A stretch of DNA of 64,000 nt, from assembly GCA_963758635.1 (NCBI GenBank), contig CAVWWD010000005.1, forward strand, positions 32,001 to 96,000. The letters are read 5' to 3'. The DNA comes from an uncultured Candidatus Rokubacteria bacterium (GTDB taxonomy: Bacteria; Methylomirabilota; Methylomirabilia; Rokubacteriales; CSP1-6). A model generated the notes under the pieces. The model made no database searches. It saw nothing but the letters and a program-made list of their open reading frames with translations, and was not told the origin of the DNA. The position numbers and the translations under genes are program-made. Positions 1-11,706 of this stretch are shown one piece after another (positions within the stretch are counted from its first letter, which is position 1; every line of letters begins with the position of its first letter).

Positions 1-192
1 GCCCACCTCCAGGTTCACGTCGGGCGTGGGGATCTCGAGGTTCGAGAAGAACGCCTCCGACATGCGGGCGTCGTAGTGCTGCCCGGTGTGGATGAGCATC
101 GGGCGCGCGTCCGGCCGCTCGCGCAGCTCGGCCATGATCGGGGCGATCTTCACGAAGTTGGGCCGGGCGCCGACCACCGCCGCGATCTTCAT
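1..192 (-). CDS. wecB: UDP-N-acetylglucosamine 2-epimerase (non-hydrolysing), N-terminal part; runs off the window
   Basis: Manual translation MKIAAVVGARPNFVKIAPIMAEL...LIHTGQHYDARMSEAFF matches the GARPN/HTGQH motifs; ATG overlaps the upstream stop (ATGA). Confidence 0.92.
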   Translation of the reverse strand, partial: MKIAAVVGARPNFVKIAPIMAELRERPDARPMLIHTGQHYDARMSEAFFSNLEIPTPDVNLEVG

Positions 193-1049
193 CGCGGGCC
201 TCCCGGCACGAAGAGCCCGGCCTCGCCCAGCACCTGGGCGGCGGGGCCGAAGGAGAAGTCCCGGAGCAGGCGCCGCAGCTTGTCTTCCGTCGAGTCGATG
301 TTGACGGAGTGCCGTAGGCGAGCCAGTCGACCCATGGGCAGCCGCGGCTGCGCCTGGTCGATCTCCCACGGGTGCAGGTACACGACGGCGGGCTGCCCCT
401 CGTGCGCGTTGAGCCGCCGGATGGCTCCGCGCGTCATCGCGTAGGGGGCGAGGCGAAAGTACCCGCCGCCCGCGACGGGGAGCCGCCGCCCCAGGATCAC
501 GACGGTGGACAGCGGCAGCTCGACGAGATCGGCGCCCTCCCCGGCGGAGACGCGATGGGCGAACCGGGGCGCGTCGGGGATGCCGTACCGGTCGTGGACG
601 ATCGGGAACACGCTCGAGTCATAGCGGAAGCCCAGCTCCCGGAGCACGTCGAGGCTCCAGAGGGTCTCGCGCATCACCGAGAACGTGGGCGCGCGATACC
701 CGATCACGGCGCCGCCGGTGGCGTCCTCCAGCGTGGCCTTGGCCCGCGCCACGTCGGCGGCGAACTCCTGGCGCGTCTGGCGGTTGATCATCCGGTGCGC
801 GTACCCGTGGCAGGCGACCTCGTGCCCCCGCGTGTCGATCTCGCGCACGAGGGCGGGCTGGCGCTCCGCGACCCAGCCCAGGACGAAGAACGTCGCCTGC
901 ACGGAGGCGTCGTCGAGGATGTCGAGCAGGCGCTGGGTGCTGTCCACGACGCGGCTCTCGAGCGAGGGCCACTCCTCCGGCCGCAGCACCGAGGCGAAGG
1001 CCTCGGCATGGAAGTACTCTTCGACGTCGAACGTCAGGATGTTCTTCAC
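189..1049 (-). CDS. Polysaccharide deacetylase, XrtA/PEP-CTERM-associated type (DUF3473-like)
   Basis: TFDVEEYF, ATFFVLGW, HEVACHGYAH, GYRAPTFS, GGGYFRL, YLHPWEID motifs. Confidence 0.9.
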   Translation of the reverse strand: MKNILTFDVEEYFHAEAFASVLRPEEWPSLESRVVDSTQRLLDILDDASVQATFFVLGWVAERQPALVREIDTRGHEVACHGYAHRMINRQTRQEFAADVARAKATLEDATGGAVIGYRAPTFSVMRETLWSLDVLRELGFRYDSSVFPIVHDRYGIPDAPRFAHRVSAGEGADLVELPLSTVVILGRRLPVAGGGYFRLAPYAMTRGAIRRLNAHEGQPAVVYLHPWEIDQAQPRLPMGRLARLRHSVNIDSTEDKLRRLLRDFSFGPAAQVLGEAGLFVPGGPR

Positions 1050-1062
1050 GGCGGTCCGGGGC

Positions 1063-2088
1063 TCAGGCGTCGGCGCGCTCTTCGCGCGGGCCGACCTCGG
1101 CCAGCCAGGGCTCCTCCTGAGGGTCGGCCACGAACTGCACGGCGTGGGCCAGGCCGGCCACCAGGGAGGTCCGCGGCACGTGGCCGAGCAGCCGCTGGGC
1201 GAGCGCGATGTCGGCGCGGGCGGGGGCGTGATCCTCGGCCCGTCCGCGCTGGATGCGCGGCACCACGTCGCTGCGCAGCAGGCGCTTCAGGATGTCCAGC
1301 ACCTCGATGACGGAGGCGAGCTGTCCCGACCCGACGTTGATCGCGCGCCCCGCCGTCCCGGGCGCCGACGCCGCGGCCAGCGTCGCCTCCACGGCGTCGT
1401 CGACGTAGAGGAAATCGTGGGCGGCGCGGCCCTCGCCGGGGAGCGCGGGCCGCCGTCGCTGGCGGAGCGTCTCGATGAGCGTGGGAATCATCGCCCCGTT
1501 CTTCACGCCGTTCTGTCGCGGCCCGTAGATCGTGAAGTACCTCAGGATCACCGTGTCGAGGTGGTGGGCGTGCTGGTACGCGCGGACGTACACCTCGGCC
1601 GAGAGCTTGGACGCCCCGAAGACGGAGACGGGCGCGAGCGCGGCCTCCTCGCTCACCGGGAGCGTCTCGGGGTGGCCGTACACCGACGCGCACGAGCCGA
1701 TCACCACCCGCGCGACGCCTTCCGCCGTCGCGGCCTGGAGGACGTTGAGTGTGCCCTGGACGTTGACGGAGTGCGTCTCCGCCGGCGTGGACGGCACGCC
1801 CGCGCCCGCCGAGAGCGCGGCGAGGTGGAACACGCAATCGACGTGCTGCGACGCCTTGCGGACGAGCCGCTCGTCGCGGATGTCGCCGATCATGAGCTCC
1901 AGGCGAGGCCCCGACGCCCCCGCGGGCCGCGAGGGCGCGGGGGGCCGGTCGGCGGCGGCCTGGAGGTTCCGCAGCGAGCCGGTCGAGAGGTTGTCGAGGA
2001 CCCGCACGCTCAGGCCCTGCCCGAGCAGGCGGTCCACGAGATGCGATCCGATGAAGCCTGCTCCCCCCGTGACGAGCACCATGGCCAT
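1063..2088 (-). CDS. NAD-dependent nucleotide-sugar epimerase/dehydratase
   Basis: VTGGAGFIGSH Rossmann motif; catalytic YxxxK appears as FGASK. Confidence 0.88.
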   Translation of the reverse strand: MAMVLVTGGAGFIGSHLVDRLLGQGLSVRVLDNLSTGSLRNLQAAADRPPAPSRPAGASGPRLELMIGDIRDERLVRKASQHVDCVFHLAALSAGAGVPSTPAETHSVNVQGTLNVLQAATAEGVARVVIGSCASVYGHPETLPVSEEAALAPVSVFGASKLSAEVYVRAYQHAHHLDTVILRYFTIYGPRQNGVKNGAMIPTLIETLRQRRRPALPGEGRAAHDFLYVDDAVEATLAAASAPGTAGRAINVGSGQLASVIEVLDILKRLLRSDVVPRIQRGRAEDHAPARADIALAQRLLGHVPRTSLVAGLAHAVQFVADPQEEPWLAEVGPREERADA

Positions 2089-2097
2089 GGCCGACCC

Positions 2098-3414
2098 CTA
2101 GAGGGTGACGACGTCGGCGCGCGACGGGCGGAAGCCGCGGAGCGCGTTCCGGGTGTCCACGACGAGCGCGGCGCGCTCCGCGATGGCCGCGTAGTCGAAG
2201 CTCGAGTGGTTCGTGAGGATCAGCACGCAGTCCGCGGCGGCGAGGCTCTCCGGGCTGACCTCGACCGCGGTCATCTTGCGCCCATCGAGCGTGACCTGCG
2301 GCACGTACGGATCGGCGTAGGAGACGCGCGCCCCCTTCTGCAGCAGGGCCTCGACGATCTCGAGGGCGGGGGACTCGCGGATGTCGTTCACGTCCGGCTT
2401 GTAGGTGACGCCGAGGACGAGGACGGACGCGCCGCGCACCGAGCGGCCGCGGTCGTTGAGGGCGTCGCCGACGAGCGTGAGCACGTGGGCGGGCATGGCC
2501 CGGTTGATCTGGTCGGCGAGCGCGATGAACTGCGCCTCGTAGCCGGTGAGTCGCACCTTCCACGAGAGGTACAGCGGGTCCACGGGGATGCAGTGGCCGC
2601 CGATGCCCGGGCCCGGGTAGAAGGGCATGAAGCCGAAGGGCTTGGTGGCGGCGGCGTCGATGACCTCCCACGGGTCGACGCCGATCTTCCGGCAGGCGAA
2701 GGCGAGCTCGTTGGCGAGCGCGATGTTCACCGACCGGAACGTGTTCTCGAGGAGCTTGGCCGTCTCGGCCACGCGCGGGCTCGAGGCGAGGAACACGCTC
2801 GAGGTCACGTGGCGGTAGAGGGCGGCGGCGATATCGGTGCACGCTTTCGTCACCCCGCCCACGACCTTCGGGATGTTGGCGGTGGTGAACCGGCGGTTGC
2901 CCGGGTCCACGCGCTCCGGCGAGAAGGCGAGGAAGAAGTCCGTGCCGATCGTGCGCCCCAGTGCCTCGAGCCGCGGCAGCACCACCTCCTCGGTGGTGCC
3001 GGGGTACGTCGTGCTCTCGAGCACCATGAGCTGGCCGGGACGGAGCCGGGGCACGAGGCTGTCCACCGCGGAGAGGATGAACGAGATGTCGGGCTCCTTG
3101 CTCTTCCGGAGCGGCGTGGGCACGCAGATCACGATGGCGTCGGCGTCGCCCACCTCGTCGAACGACGTGGTGCCGGTGAGGGTGCCCGCCCGCACCAGCG
3201 GGGCGAGCGTCTCCGTGCTCACGTCCACGAGGTAGCTCTCGCCCTGGTTCAGGCGGCTCACTCGCTCGAGGTCGAGGTCGATGCCCCGCACGACGAGCCC
3301 GGCCTTGGCGAGCTCCACGGCGAGGGACAGGCCGACGTAGCCCATCCCGACGATCGTCACCCGCGCCTGCTTCGTCTCGATCTTCTGCTTGAGCGTGTCG
3401 ATCCAACCGGTCAC
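2098..3414 (-). CDS. Nucleotide-sugar dehydrogenase (UDP-GlcNAc/ManNAc dehydrogenase family)
   Basis: GMGYVG, ICVPTP, ESTTYPGTT, SPERVDPG, KLLENTFR, GGHCIPVDP, YKPDVNDIRESP. Confidence 0.93.
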   Translation of the reverse strand: MTGWIDTLKQKIETKQARVTIVGMGYVGLSLAVELAKAGLVVRGIDLDLERVSRLNQGESYLVDVSTETLAPLVRAGTLTGTTSFDEVGDADAIVICVPTPLRKSKEPDISFILSAVDSLVPRLRPGQLMVLESTTYPGTTEEVVLPRLEALGRTIGTDFFLAFSPERVDPGNRRFTTANIPKVVGGVTKACTDIAAALYRHVTSSVFLASSPRVAETAKLLENTFRSVNIALANELAFACRKIGVDPWEVIDAAATKPFGFMPFYPGPGIGGHCIPVDPLYLSWKVRLTGYEAQFIALADQINRAMPAHVLTLVGDALNDRGRSVRGASVLVLGVTYKPDVNDIRESPALEIVEALLQKGARVSYADPYVPQVTLDGRKMTAVEVSPESLAAADCVLILTNHSSFDYAAIAERAALVVDTRNALRGFRPSRADVVTL

Positions 3415-3427
3415 GTGGTGGCCTCCT

Positions 3428-5674
3428 CTACGCCTTGGCGCCGTCGGTCGAGACGTAGGCCTTGTACTGCTTGTAGTAGCTGTAGTACTGCGTCATCCGC
3501 TTGAGCGGGATCTGGTTCAGGACCACGCCGATGATCGGCGTGCCCACCTTCTCGAAGAGCTCCTTGGTCCGCAGCAGGTCACGCGGCCGCGTGACCCCGG
3601 CCTGCACCACGAGCAGCACGGCGTCGACGGCGGCGGCCATGTAGAGGTTGTCGGGGATCAGCAGCACGGGCGACGAGTCGAGCAGCACGTACTCGGCCTC
3701 GCCGGCCATCCGGTCGAGCACCTGGGCCAGCCGCTGCGAGCCGAGCCCGCTGCGCGTCAGCGCGGTCGAGGAGGCGCCGCGGGGCGACAGGCGCACGCCC
3801 TCCGCCACGTGGGACAGCGCATCGGTGACCTCGCCGCCCGAGGTGAGCAGGTCGCTGAAGCCGCGCGTGTTGGGGGTCTTGAGGGTGCGGTGCAGGGTGG
3901 GCCGGTGGAAGTCGGCGTCCGCGATGATCACCTGCTTGCCGACCTCGCCGAAGGCCAGGCCGAGGTTGACCACCACCGTGGACTTGCCCTCGCTGGGGAG
4001 CGCGCTCGTGATCAGGATGCGACGGAGCGGCATCTCGCGGCCGAGGAGTTGGATCTCCACCCGCAGCCGGCGGAACGACTCGGTGAAGAGGAACGAGTCC
4101 TCCTGCTTCATCTCCTCGCCCACCGACGTGCTGTTCAGCGTGAACGTGGGCCGCCGCGAGTGGACGCGCGGCACCGCGGCGAGCACGGGGAGGCCGGTGA
4201 GCTGCCGCACGTCCTCCTCGCTCTCCACCGGGCGGTTGAAGTACTCGATGGCGGTGGGAACGCCGAGCCCGACGAGGAGGGCGACGGCCACCGCGATGGC
4301 GATCATGCGCATCCGCTTCTCGTTGGCCGCGGGCACCGGGAAGTTCGGCGGGTCGATCATCTTGACGACCTTCATCTCGCCCTGCTCGCGGATGCGGGCC
4401 GCCGAGAGCTTCTCGGACAGGACGTTCATGAGGCGCCGGTTCGACTCCACCTCGGTGTTGAGGCGCGTGTACTCCATCTCGTCCCGGGACAGCCCGGTGA
4501 GGTTCTTGCGGAGGCTCGCCCCCTGCTCGCGCAGCGCGTCCTCCTGGGCGCCGAGGGCGAGCACGGATGCTTCGAGCGTGCCCACCGTCTCCGCGAAGGC
4601 CGCCCGGTCCTGCATCGGCACCGTGCTCGCCTGGGAGGCCGCGGCCACCTGGGGCGTGTCCCGCGCGGCCTCGCCGAGCTCCCGCTTCACGTCCTCGATC
4701 TGCGAGCGCGTCAGGGTCATGCGCGGATGCTGGTCGGTGTACTGGGCCGAGTACTCGAGGAGCTGCCGCTCGAGGGTGGCGAGCTTGGCGCGGAGCAGCT
4801 GCATCCGCGCCGACGGGGGCGCGGCGGCCATCGACTGGCGCGGGGCCGCCGAGGGGGCCGCGGGCATGGCGTCCAGCTTGGTCTTCATCGCCTGGAGCCG
4901 GTTCTGGCTCATGTTCTTGCTCGCCTGGATCTCCGCGATGCTCTGCTCGATCTGGGTCAGGCGGGCGATCGTCTCCTGGTTGCGCGCGGGGGCGCGGACA
5001 CCGCCGCGGGCCACCGTGAATTGCCTGAGCGCGTTCTCGGCGTTGTTCAGGTTCGTCGAGGCCTGGGTGTTCTGCTGCTCGAGGTACTCGCGGGTCACCT
5101 TGCTGTCGTCCACGTTGAACGAGCGGGTGCGCGACAGCAGGACCTCGATGTAGGTGGTGGCGATGTCGAGGGCCACGCGGGGCTTCGACGCCTCGGCCTG
5201 GATCTCGACGATCCCCGTCTCGCCCGAAGGCATGAACCGCACGCGCGCCCGCTGCAGCTCGGCCAGCGCGCGGCGCTGCGGGCTGTCGACCTGGATCTCC
5301 TGGCCCCGCAGGCGTCGGATGGTGTTCTGGAGCTCCTGGACGTAGTCACGGTAGTACGGGTTCTCGATGAGGTCCTCCACCGAGGCGCGGGGCAGGGTCT
5401 CGATGACCGCCTCGCCCAGGCTCCGGCTGCGGAGGATGGCGAGCTGGACGGCGAGGGGCCGGAACGGCGAGAACTCCTGGAAGAGCGGAGTCTTGTCGGG
5501 CCGGTTCTCGATGAGGATGGTGGCCGCCGTCCGGAACCGGGGCGGCTCCTTGGACGCCATCCAGGCGATCGGAATGAAGACGGCGAGCGCGACCAGCACG
5601 GTCAGCGCCACCCACTTCTTCCGTCGGCTGAGGACGGACTGGGCGACCTGCTTGACGATGATCAGCTTGTCCAT
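3428..5674 (-). CDS. wzc: Polysaccharide co-polymerase / tyrosine autokinase (Wzc/GumC)
   Basis: Two TM segments flanking a coiled-coil periplasmic domain, Walker A ALPSEGKST, DADFHRP, C-terminal Tyr cluster QYYSYYKQYKAY. Confidence 0.9.
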   Translation of the reverse strand: MDKLIIVKQVAQSVLSRRKKWVALTVLVALAVFIPIAWMASKEPPRFRTAATILIENRPDKTPLFQEFSPFRPLAVQLAILRSRSLGEAVIETLPRASVEDLIENPYYRDYVQELQNTIRRLRGQEIQVDSPQRRALAELQRARVRFMPSGETGIVEIQAEASKPRVALDIATTYIEVLLSRTRSFNVDDSKVTREYLEQQNTQASTNLNNAENALRQFTVARGGVRAPARNQETIARLTQIEQSIAEIQASKNMSQNRLQAMKTKLDAMPAAPSAAPRQSMAAAPPSARMQLLRAKLATLERQLLEYSAQYTDQHPRMTLTRSQIEDVKRELGEAARDTPQVAAASQASTVPMQDRAAFAETVGTLEASVLALGAQEDALREQGASLRKNLTGLSRDEMEYTRLNTEVESNRRLMNVLSEKLSAARIREQGEMKVVKMIDPPNFPVPAANEKRMRMIAIAVAVALLVGLGVPTAIEYFNRPVESEEDVRQLTGLPVLAAVPRVHSRRPTFTLNSTSVGEEMKQEDSFLFTESFRRLRVEIQLLGREMPLRRILITSALPSEGKSTVVVNLGLAFGEVGKQVIIADADFHRPTLHRTLKTPNTRGFSDLLTSGGEVTDALSHVAEGVRLSPRGASSTALTRSGLGSQRLAQVLDRMAGEAEYVLLDSSPVLLIPDNLYMAAAVDAVLLVVQAGVTRPRDLLRTKELFEKVGTPIIGVVLNQIPLKRMTQYYSYYKQYKAYVSTDGAKA

Positions 5675-5714
5675 GTCTCGGAGCTCCCTCTCGTCGGTCT
5701 GGATCGGGCCGGCG

Positions 5715-7088
5715 TCAACGCCCGCGGGCGAAGAGCACCACCTGGATCGTGTTCAGGAGAATCGTGAGGTCGAGGAACAGCGACAGGTTCTTGATGTAAT
5801 ACAAATCGTACTGGAGCTTCTCGAGCGTGTCCTCGACGGAGGCGCCGTAGCCGTACCGCACCTGCGCCCAGCCCGTCACGCCCGGCTTCACGGACAGCCG
5901 CTCCATGTAGAACGGGATCTGCTTCTGGAGCTGGTAGACGAACTCCGGCCGCTCCGGCCGCGGTCCGATGAAGCTCATGTCGCCCAGGAGGACGTTCCAG
6001 AGCTGCGGCAGCTCGTCCAGGCGCGTGCGGCGGAGGAAGGCGCCCACGCGCGTGACGCGCGGATCGGCCTCCTTCGCCCACACCGGGCCGGTGTCCTTCT
6101 CGGCGTCCTCGCGCATCGAGCGGAACTTGTTCAGGATGAACACCCGGCCGTGCTGGCCGAGGCGCGGCTGCCGGAAGAGGGCGGCGCCGCGGGACTCGAG
6201 CTTGATCGCGACGACGATCGCGGCCATGAGGGGCAGGGCGACGAGCAGGACGGCCAGCGAGAGGGTCACGTCCAGCGTGCGCTTGATGATCTCCGTGCGG
6301 GGCGTCTTCACGAAGCCGTCGGAGAAGATCAGCCAGCTCGGCCGCAGGTCGGTGACCAGGATCTTCCCCGTCTCCTTCTCGTAGAAGGTCGGCCAGTCCT
6401 CGACCTGGATGCCCCGGAGGCGACAGTCGAGCAGCGCCTTCGCCGGGAAATTGCCCCGCCGGTTCATCTGCGCGACCACCACGAGGTCCGGGCGCGTCTC
6501 CTCCACGATCGAGGCCAGGTCCTTGATCTTGCCGAGGAGCGCATGGCGGTCGGGCACGGTGTCGGGCGCGCTCGGGTTGTCGTCCAGGAAGCCGACGATC
6601 TTGAACGGCCGGGCCCCGGTCTGCTCGAGGCCGGCGATGACCCGCCCGATGGCCCCGGCGCCGAGCACCAGCACCCGGATCTGCATGCGCCCGTGCGACC
6701 AGCGCCCGAGCCAGGCCATGCGCCAGCCCACGAGCCCGGCCGTCTCGAGCAGCACGATCTCGACGAAGGCGGCCCGGCCGAGACGGAGCGAGGGCAGGGC
6801 GAAGCCCACGGCCGCCGTGATCAGGGCGGCCACGGCCTGGCAGGTCAGGAGCCGAGCGATGACCTCGCGGCGGCCGAGGGGCAGCCGGACGTTGTAGAGA
6901 TCGCCGAGGTGAAGCATGAAGGTGGCAACGGCCGCCATGAGCGCGACCTTGGGCCCGAGGGGCCCTTCGCCCAGCCACGCCCGAGGGGGGAGGCTGACGA
7001 GGAAGAACGAGGCGAGGACGATCGCGAGGTCACCCGCGAACAGGCCGAGCGACAGGCCAGGTATGTAATGCCGGAAAATCCTTAGCAT
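5715..7088 (-). CDS. Priming sugar (phospho)transferase, XrtA/PEP-CTERM-type
   Basis: Starts MLRIFRHYIPG after RBS GGAG; KFRSM, DPRVTRVG, RLDELPQL, GPRPERP, KPGVTGWAQV, DLYYIKN. Confidence 0.92.
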   Translation of the reverse strand: MLRIFRHYIPGLSLGLFAGDLAIVLASFFLVSLPPRAWLGEGPLGPKVALMAAVATFMLHLGDLYNVRLPLGRREVIARLLTCQAVAALITAAVGFALPSLRLGRAAFVEIVLLETAGLVGWRMAWLGRWSHGRMQIRVLVLGAGAIGRVIAGLEQTGARPFKIVGFLDDNPSAPDTVPDRHALLGKIKDLASIVEETRPDLVVVAQMNRRGNFPAKALLDCRLRGIQVEDWPTFYEKETGKILVTDLRPSWLIFSDGFVKTPRTEIIKRTLDVTLSLAVLLVALPLMAAIVVAIKLESRGAALFRQPRLGQHGRVFILNKFRSMREDAEKDTGPVWAKEADPRVTRVGAFLRRTRLDELPQLWNVLLGDMSFIGPRPERPEFVYQLQKQIPFYMERLSVKPGVTGWAQVRYGYGASVEDTLEKLQYDLYYIKNLSLFLDLTILLNTIQVVLFARGR

Positions 7089-7113
7089 CGTGTCTCCCGG
7101 GGGGTCCAAGTGA

Positions 7114-7128
7114 GCAAGCCGGGTGCCA
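7114..7128 (-). promoter_or_regulatory. sigma54 (-24/-12) promoter of the sugar transferase-wzc operon
   Basis: Minus strand TGGCAC-CCGGC-TTGC, exact consensus, 25 nt upstream of the ATG at 7088. Confidence 0.88.
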
Positions 7129-7152
7129 GGATTCTGCCGGTCGACGCGACTG

Positions 7153-7165
7153 TAAGTAGTTGATT
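7153..7165. promoter_or_regulatory. IHF binding site
   Basis: TAA-GTAG-TTGATT is an exact match to YAANNNNTTGATW, between the sigma54 promoter and upstream palindromes. Confidence 0.7.
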
Positions 7166-7369
7166 CATAAGAGTAGTCGACCAGACACGTAGAGAGAACA
7201 TTGCTGCCGCGATTTGGCAGCGCAGTTCCCGTCTCTGTCAAATCTGCATGGTATGGCGGTTCTCCATTCGTTAGCTCGTTGAGAATCAGCAGGTTCTCTG
7301 CGCTCGACAGCGCCACGCAACGCTTGCGTGGGGCGAACCGGGTGCACCGATTCGAAGGGGGGAAGCTCC

Positions 7370-8885
7370 CTAAAACGATGCCGAGAACGACACGGTTGCG
7401 CGGTTCTCGGTGGCTCCGTTGAAGCCCTGGTAGTCCGTGTATGCGTATCGGAGGTTCATCGACAGCCATCGCAGGATCTGCCAGTCGAACGAAGTGCTGA
7501 AGGTGAGCGTGTTCTCGTTGTCCTGCGCGCGGACGTTGCCCGCGCCCGTGGGCTCGTTCTCGCTGTACCGCACGTTCGCCGAGACGCCCATCGTCGGCGT
7601 GATCCGGTACGAGAACGACGCGAAGTACGAACGCGTGAGCACGAGCCCGAAGTCCTGCCCCTGGACGCCGGTCTGGCGGAAGTCCTGGAACACGCCCACG
7701 CTGGCGGTCGCTCGGGTCCAGGCGTAGCTGCGCGGTCGCGTTGACCGAGAAGGTGTCCTCGTCGTCGCCACCGTTTTGCATGAAGAGGTGGCTGTAGCCG
7801 AAGGAGCCGGACAGCGACAGCCCGCTCGGAAGTCCGTAGGCCCCGAACACCGACACGTTCCAGATGACGGTGTCGTCGTCCGAATTCGTCGAGAGGCTCG
7901 TCGAGACTCCGCCGGTGCCGAAGGCGCCGATCTGCCGGCTCAGCGAGGCGTGCACAAGGTGGCCGATGCCGTCACGGTCGTTCGCGATCGAGCCGTCCGT
8001 CTGGAAGTACGAGAATTCGTAGCCGAACCGGAGGGTGTTGAGCGCGCCGAGGCGCCGGCTCGCGTTCACCCCCAGGACGTGGCCCCACGTGAGCTCCCCG
8101 CCGCCTTCCTCCTCGAGGAAGATCGAGTTGCGGTAGTACGCCTGGGTGGTCCAGAGCCCGAGGGCCCAGTCGAGGGAAACACCGAAGCCATTGCTCATGA
8201 ACGTGCGCCGTTCGCGGCGGAGGCCGAAGGAATCCCCGAGCTGGGGATCGTCGCTCCGCACGAACGACTCGGTGATGGTCAGCGTGAGAGTCGGGCCGAA
8301 GGTGTGGCGGATCGACGCGGTGAGATCGGGGAACAGCTTGATGCTCTCGTCGCTGTCCGCCGTGTCGTACGTGAGCCCGAAGCTCGCGCTCACGTTGCCG
8401 ACGGTGCGCGGAGCGTTGATGGCGAGCGTGAATCCCGGCGCGACGATCGTCCGGAAGTTCTGCTCCCGGTTCGTGCGCGTCAAGAAGAAGTTGTCGCTCC
8501 ACTCCTCGGTGATCCGGAGCGCGGGATGCAGCTCGAAGACGGCGGTCGGGACCCCGAGCGGCGTCTGGAAGGCCGCGGGCAAGTGGCTCTGCGATGGCGC
8601 AGGAGGCGACGGCGGAACGAAGGGCGCGACGCCAGGCTGTCCCGGAGCCGGCGCGGCAGGCGTCGGCGGGGCGGGAGTCGGAGCCGCCGGCTCGGTCGGC
8701 GCCGCCGGCGTACCCGGTGCGGCGCCCGGACCCGACGGAGCGGTGGTGTCGCCTGAGCCCGGTGCCTGGGCCCAGGCGGGCGCGGCGGCCAGCAGGAGGG
8801 TCAGGAGAAACAGCAATGGGGAGAGGAGCGTTCGCTCCTCTCCCCGTGAAGCGCGGGGGCTTCTAGAAGATTCTCTGCGGGACAA
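7370..8885 (-). CDS. Outer-membrane beta-barrel protein of the EPS export system (frameshift near 7730; start uncertain)
   Basis: Signal peptide ...AAAPAWA, Pro/Ala-rich linker, alternating beta-strand pattern; C-terminus continues in ORF 7370..7771 and ends in F (VSFSASF). Confidence 0.75.
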
Positions 8886-9693
8886 AGATGATGTCGTCCG
8901 GCCTCAACCGCACGTCAGGATTGTCTTCTGGAGACCGCAGCATCTTATCAAGGTCGACTCTGATACGCACCTTTTTTTCGCCCTCGTTGCGCAGAAGATC
9001 GACGCGACCGCTCGCGGCGAGCGGCGTGAACCCACCGGCCTGGGTCACCGCCTTCACGATCGTGAGGTCGCTGGCGTACTTCACCGCGCCCGGCGTCCGC
9101 ACCTCGCCCTGCACGTACACCATTTCGGCCAGGGGAATGACCACGGAGTCGCCCGGCTCGAGCTTCATGTTCTGGCTGAGGTCGCCCTTCTCGAGGAGCC
9201 TCCGGAAGTCGATGGGGATCCGCTTGTCCTTCCGGAGGAGGAAGCCCTTCTCGGCGTCGGCGTTCGGCTGCGCCCCGCCGGCGAGCGAGAGCGCCTGGAG
9301 GATCGTGAGATCGCGGGTGAGCTGCATGGGGCCCGGCTTGCCGAAGCCGCCGATGAAGTACACGGGACGGCTCCGGATCTCGCGGACGATGACCGTCACG
9401 GACGGCTGACGCACCGTCTTCGAGTAGAGGATGACGAGGTCGTCCTGGAGCTTCTGGACCGTCTTGCCCGCGGCGTCGACCTCGCCGAGGAGCGGCAGCG
9501 AGGTCTTACCGTCCGGGCGGACGAACACCACGTGGTTCAGGTCCTTGTTGTCCCACACCTGGATCTCGAGGATGTCCTCGGGCCCGATGATGTACGCCTC
9601 GTCGGCGGCGGCGGCCGGGCCGGCGAGCGCTCCGACGAGCATCGACAGCGCGAACAGGAGCGATGCTCCCCCCACGACGGCGCGTCTGATCAT
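8863..9693 (-). CDS. wza: Polysaccharide export protein with SLBB domains
   Basis: MIRRAVVGG signal peptide, YIIGPEDILEIQVW, VRPDGKTSLPLLGEV, two SLBB repeats; RBS AGGAG upstream. Confidence 0.88.
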   Translation of the reverse strand: MIRRAVVGGASLLFALSMLVGALAGPAAAADEAYIIGPEDILEIQVWDNKDLNHVVFVRPDGKTSLPLLGEVDAAGKTVQKLQDDLVILYSKTVRQPSVTVIVREIRSRPVYFIGGFGKPGPMQLTRDLTILQALSLAGGAQPNADAEKGFLLRKDKRIPIDFRRLLEKGDLSQNMKLEPGDSVVIPLAEMVYVQGEVRTPGAVKYASDLTIVKAVTQAGGFTPLAASGRVDLLRNEGEKKVRIRVDLDKMLRSPEDNPDVRLRPDDIIFVPQRIF

Positions 9694-9703
9694 GCTCACA
9701 CTC

Positions 9704-11100
<1,397 letters not shown>

Positions 11101-11111
11101 GGATCGCGTCC

Positions 11112-11629
11112 CTATCCCTGCGGCTCGCTGGCGTAGACGACCTGGTTGCCGCCGCGCCGGCACGCCTCGCTGAGGTGCGCCTGGGCGCGCGAGAGCAGCA
11201 CGGTGTCGTTGTAGCCGTCGCGGGGGAAGGAGACGCCCGCCCACGCTCAAGGTCACCTGGCGGGCGCCGTTGCCGGGCTGGCCGGGAAACGCGACCTGCT
11301 CGATGTGCGCGCGAAGCCTCTCGGCCACACGCACGGCATCGGCGCCCTCGGTGTGGAGCAGGAGGACGGCGATCCCGTTGTCGACCTGGCCGATCATGTC
11401 GGTGGAGCGGAGCATCTGGGCGATCTTCCTCGACACCACCCGCCGGACGCTCCTCGTCGACCGTGCCCAGGGCGTCGGGCTTCAGCAGACAGACCGAGAA
11501 GAAATCCTGGTAACGGGTGGAGCGCTGAGCCTCGCGCGTCAGCAGGTGACGGAACGCGTCCTCGATGAAGACCCCGGTCGCGGGTTCGACGAAGTCGCTC
11601 ACGGCGTGCTCCTTTTGCTCGGACCGCAT
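11112..11629 (-). CDS. Stand-alone degenerate GGDEF-domain protein (frameshifts near 11450 and 11240)
   Basis: Spliced frames give EPATGVF...LRSTDMIGQVDNGIAVLL...AVRVAERLR...VTLSVGG.SFPRDG...GGNQVV, a GGDEF fold with no GGDEF motif. Confidence 0.75.
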
Positions 11630-11706
11630 GATCGGTAGCCCCCGTTATCGCGAGATCACGCTCACGAAAAATTTGTGCTTCGTCCCGTCAACGTTGTGGG
11701 TCCACC

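Noticed and set aside
685..5767. Long antisense ORFs (685..3504, 3389..5767 and many similar across the window)
   Set aside because: Shadow frames of well-supported genes in very high-GC sequence; no recognisable motifs
5715..8885. 1056-aa beta-barrel/sugar-transferase fusion ORF
   Set aside because: A frameshift near 7730 diverts the barrel frame through an intergenic region containing a sigma54 promoter and IHF site; the true barrel end is in ORF 7370..7771
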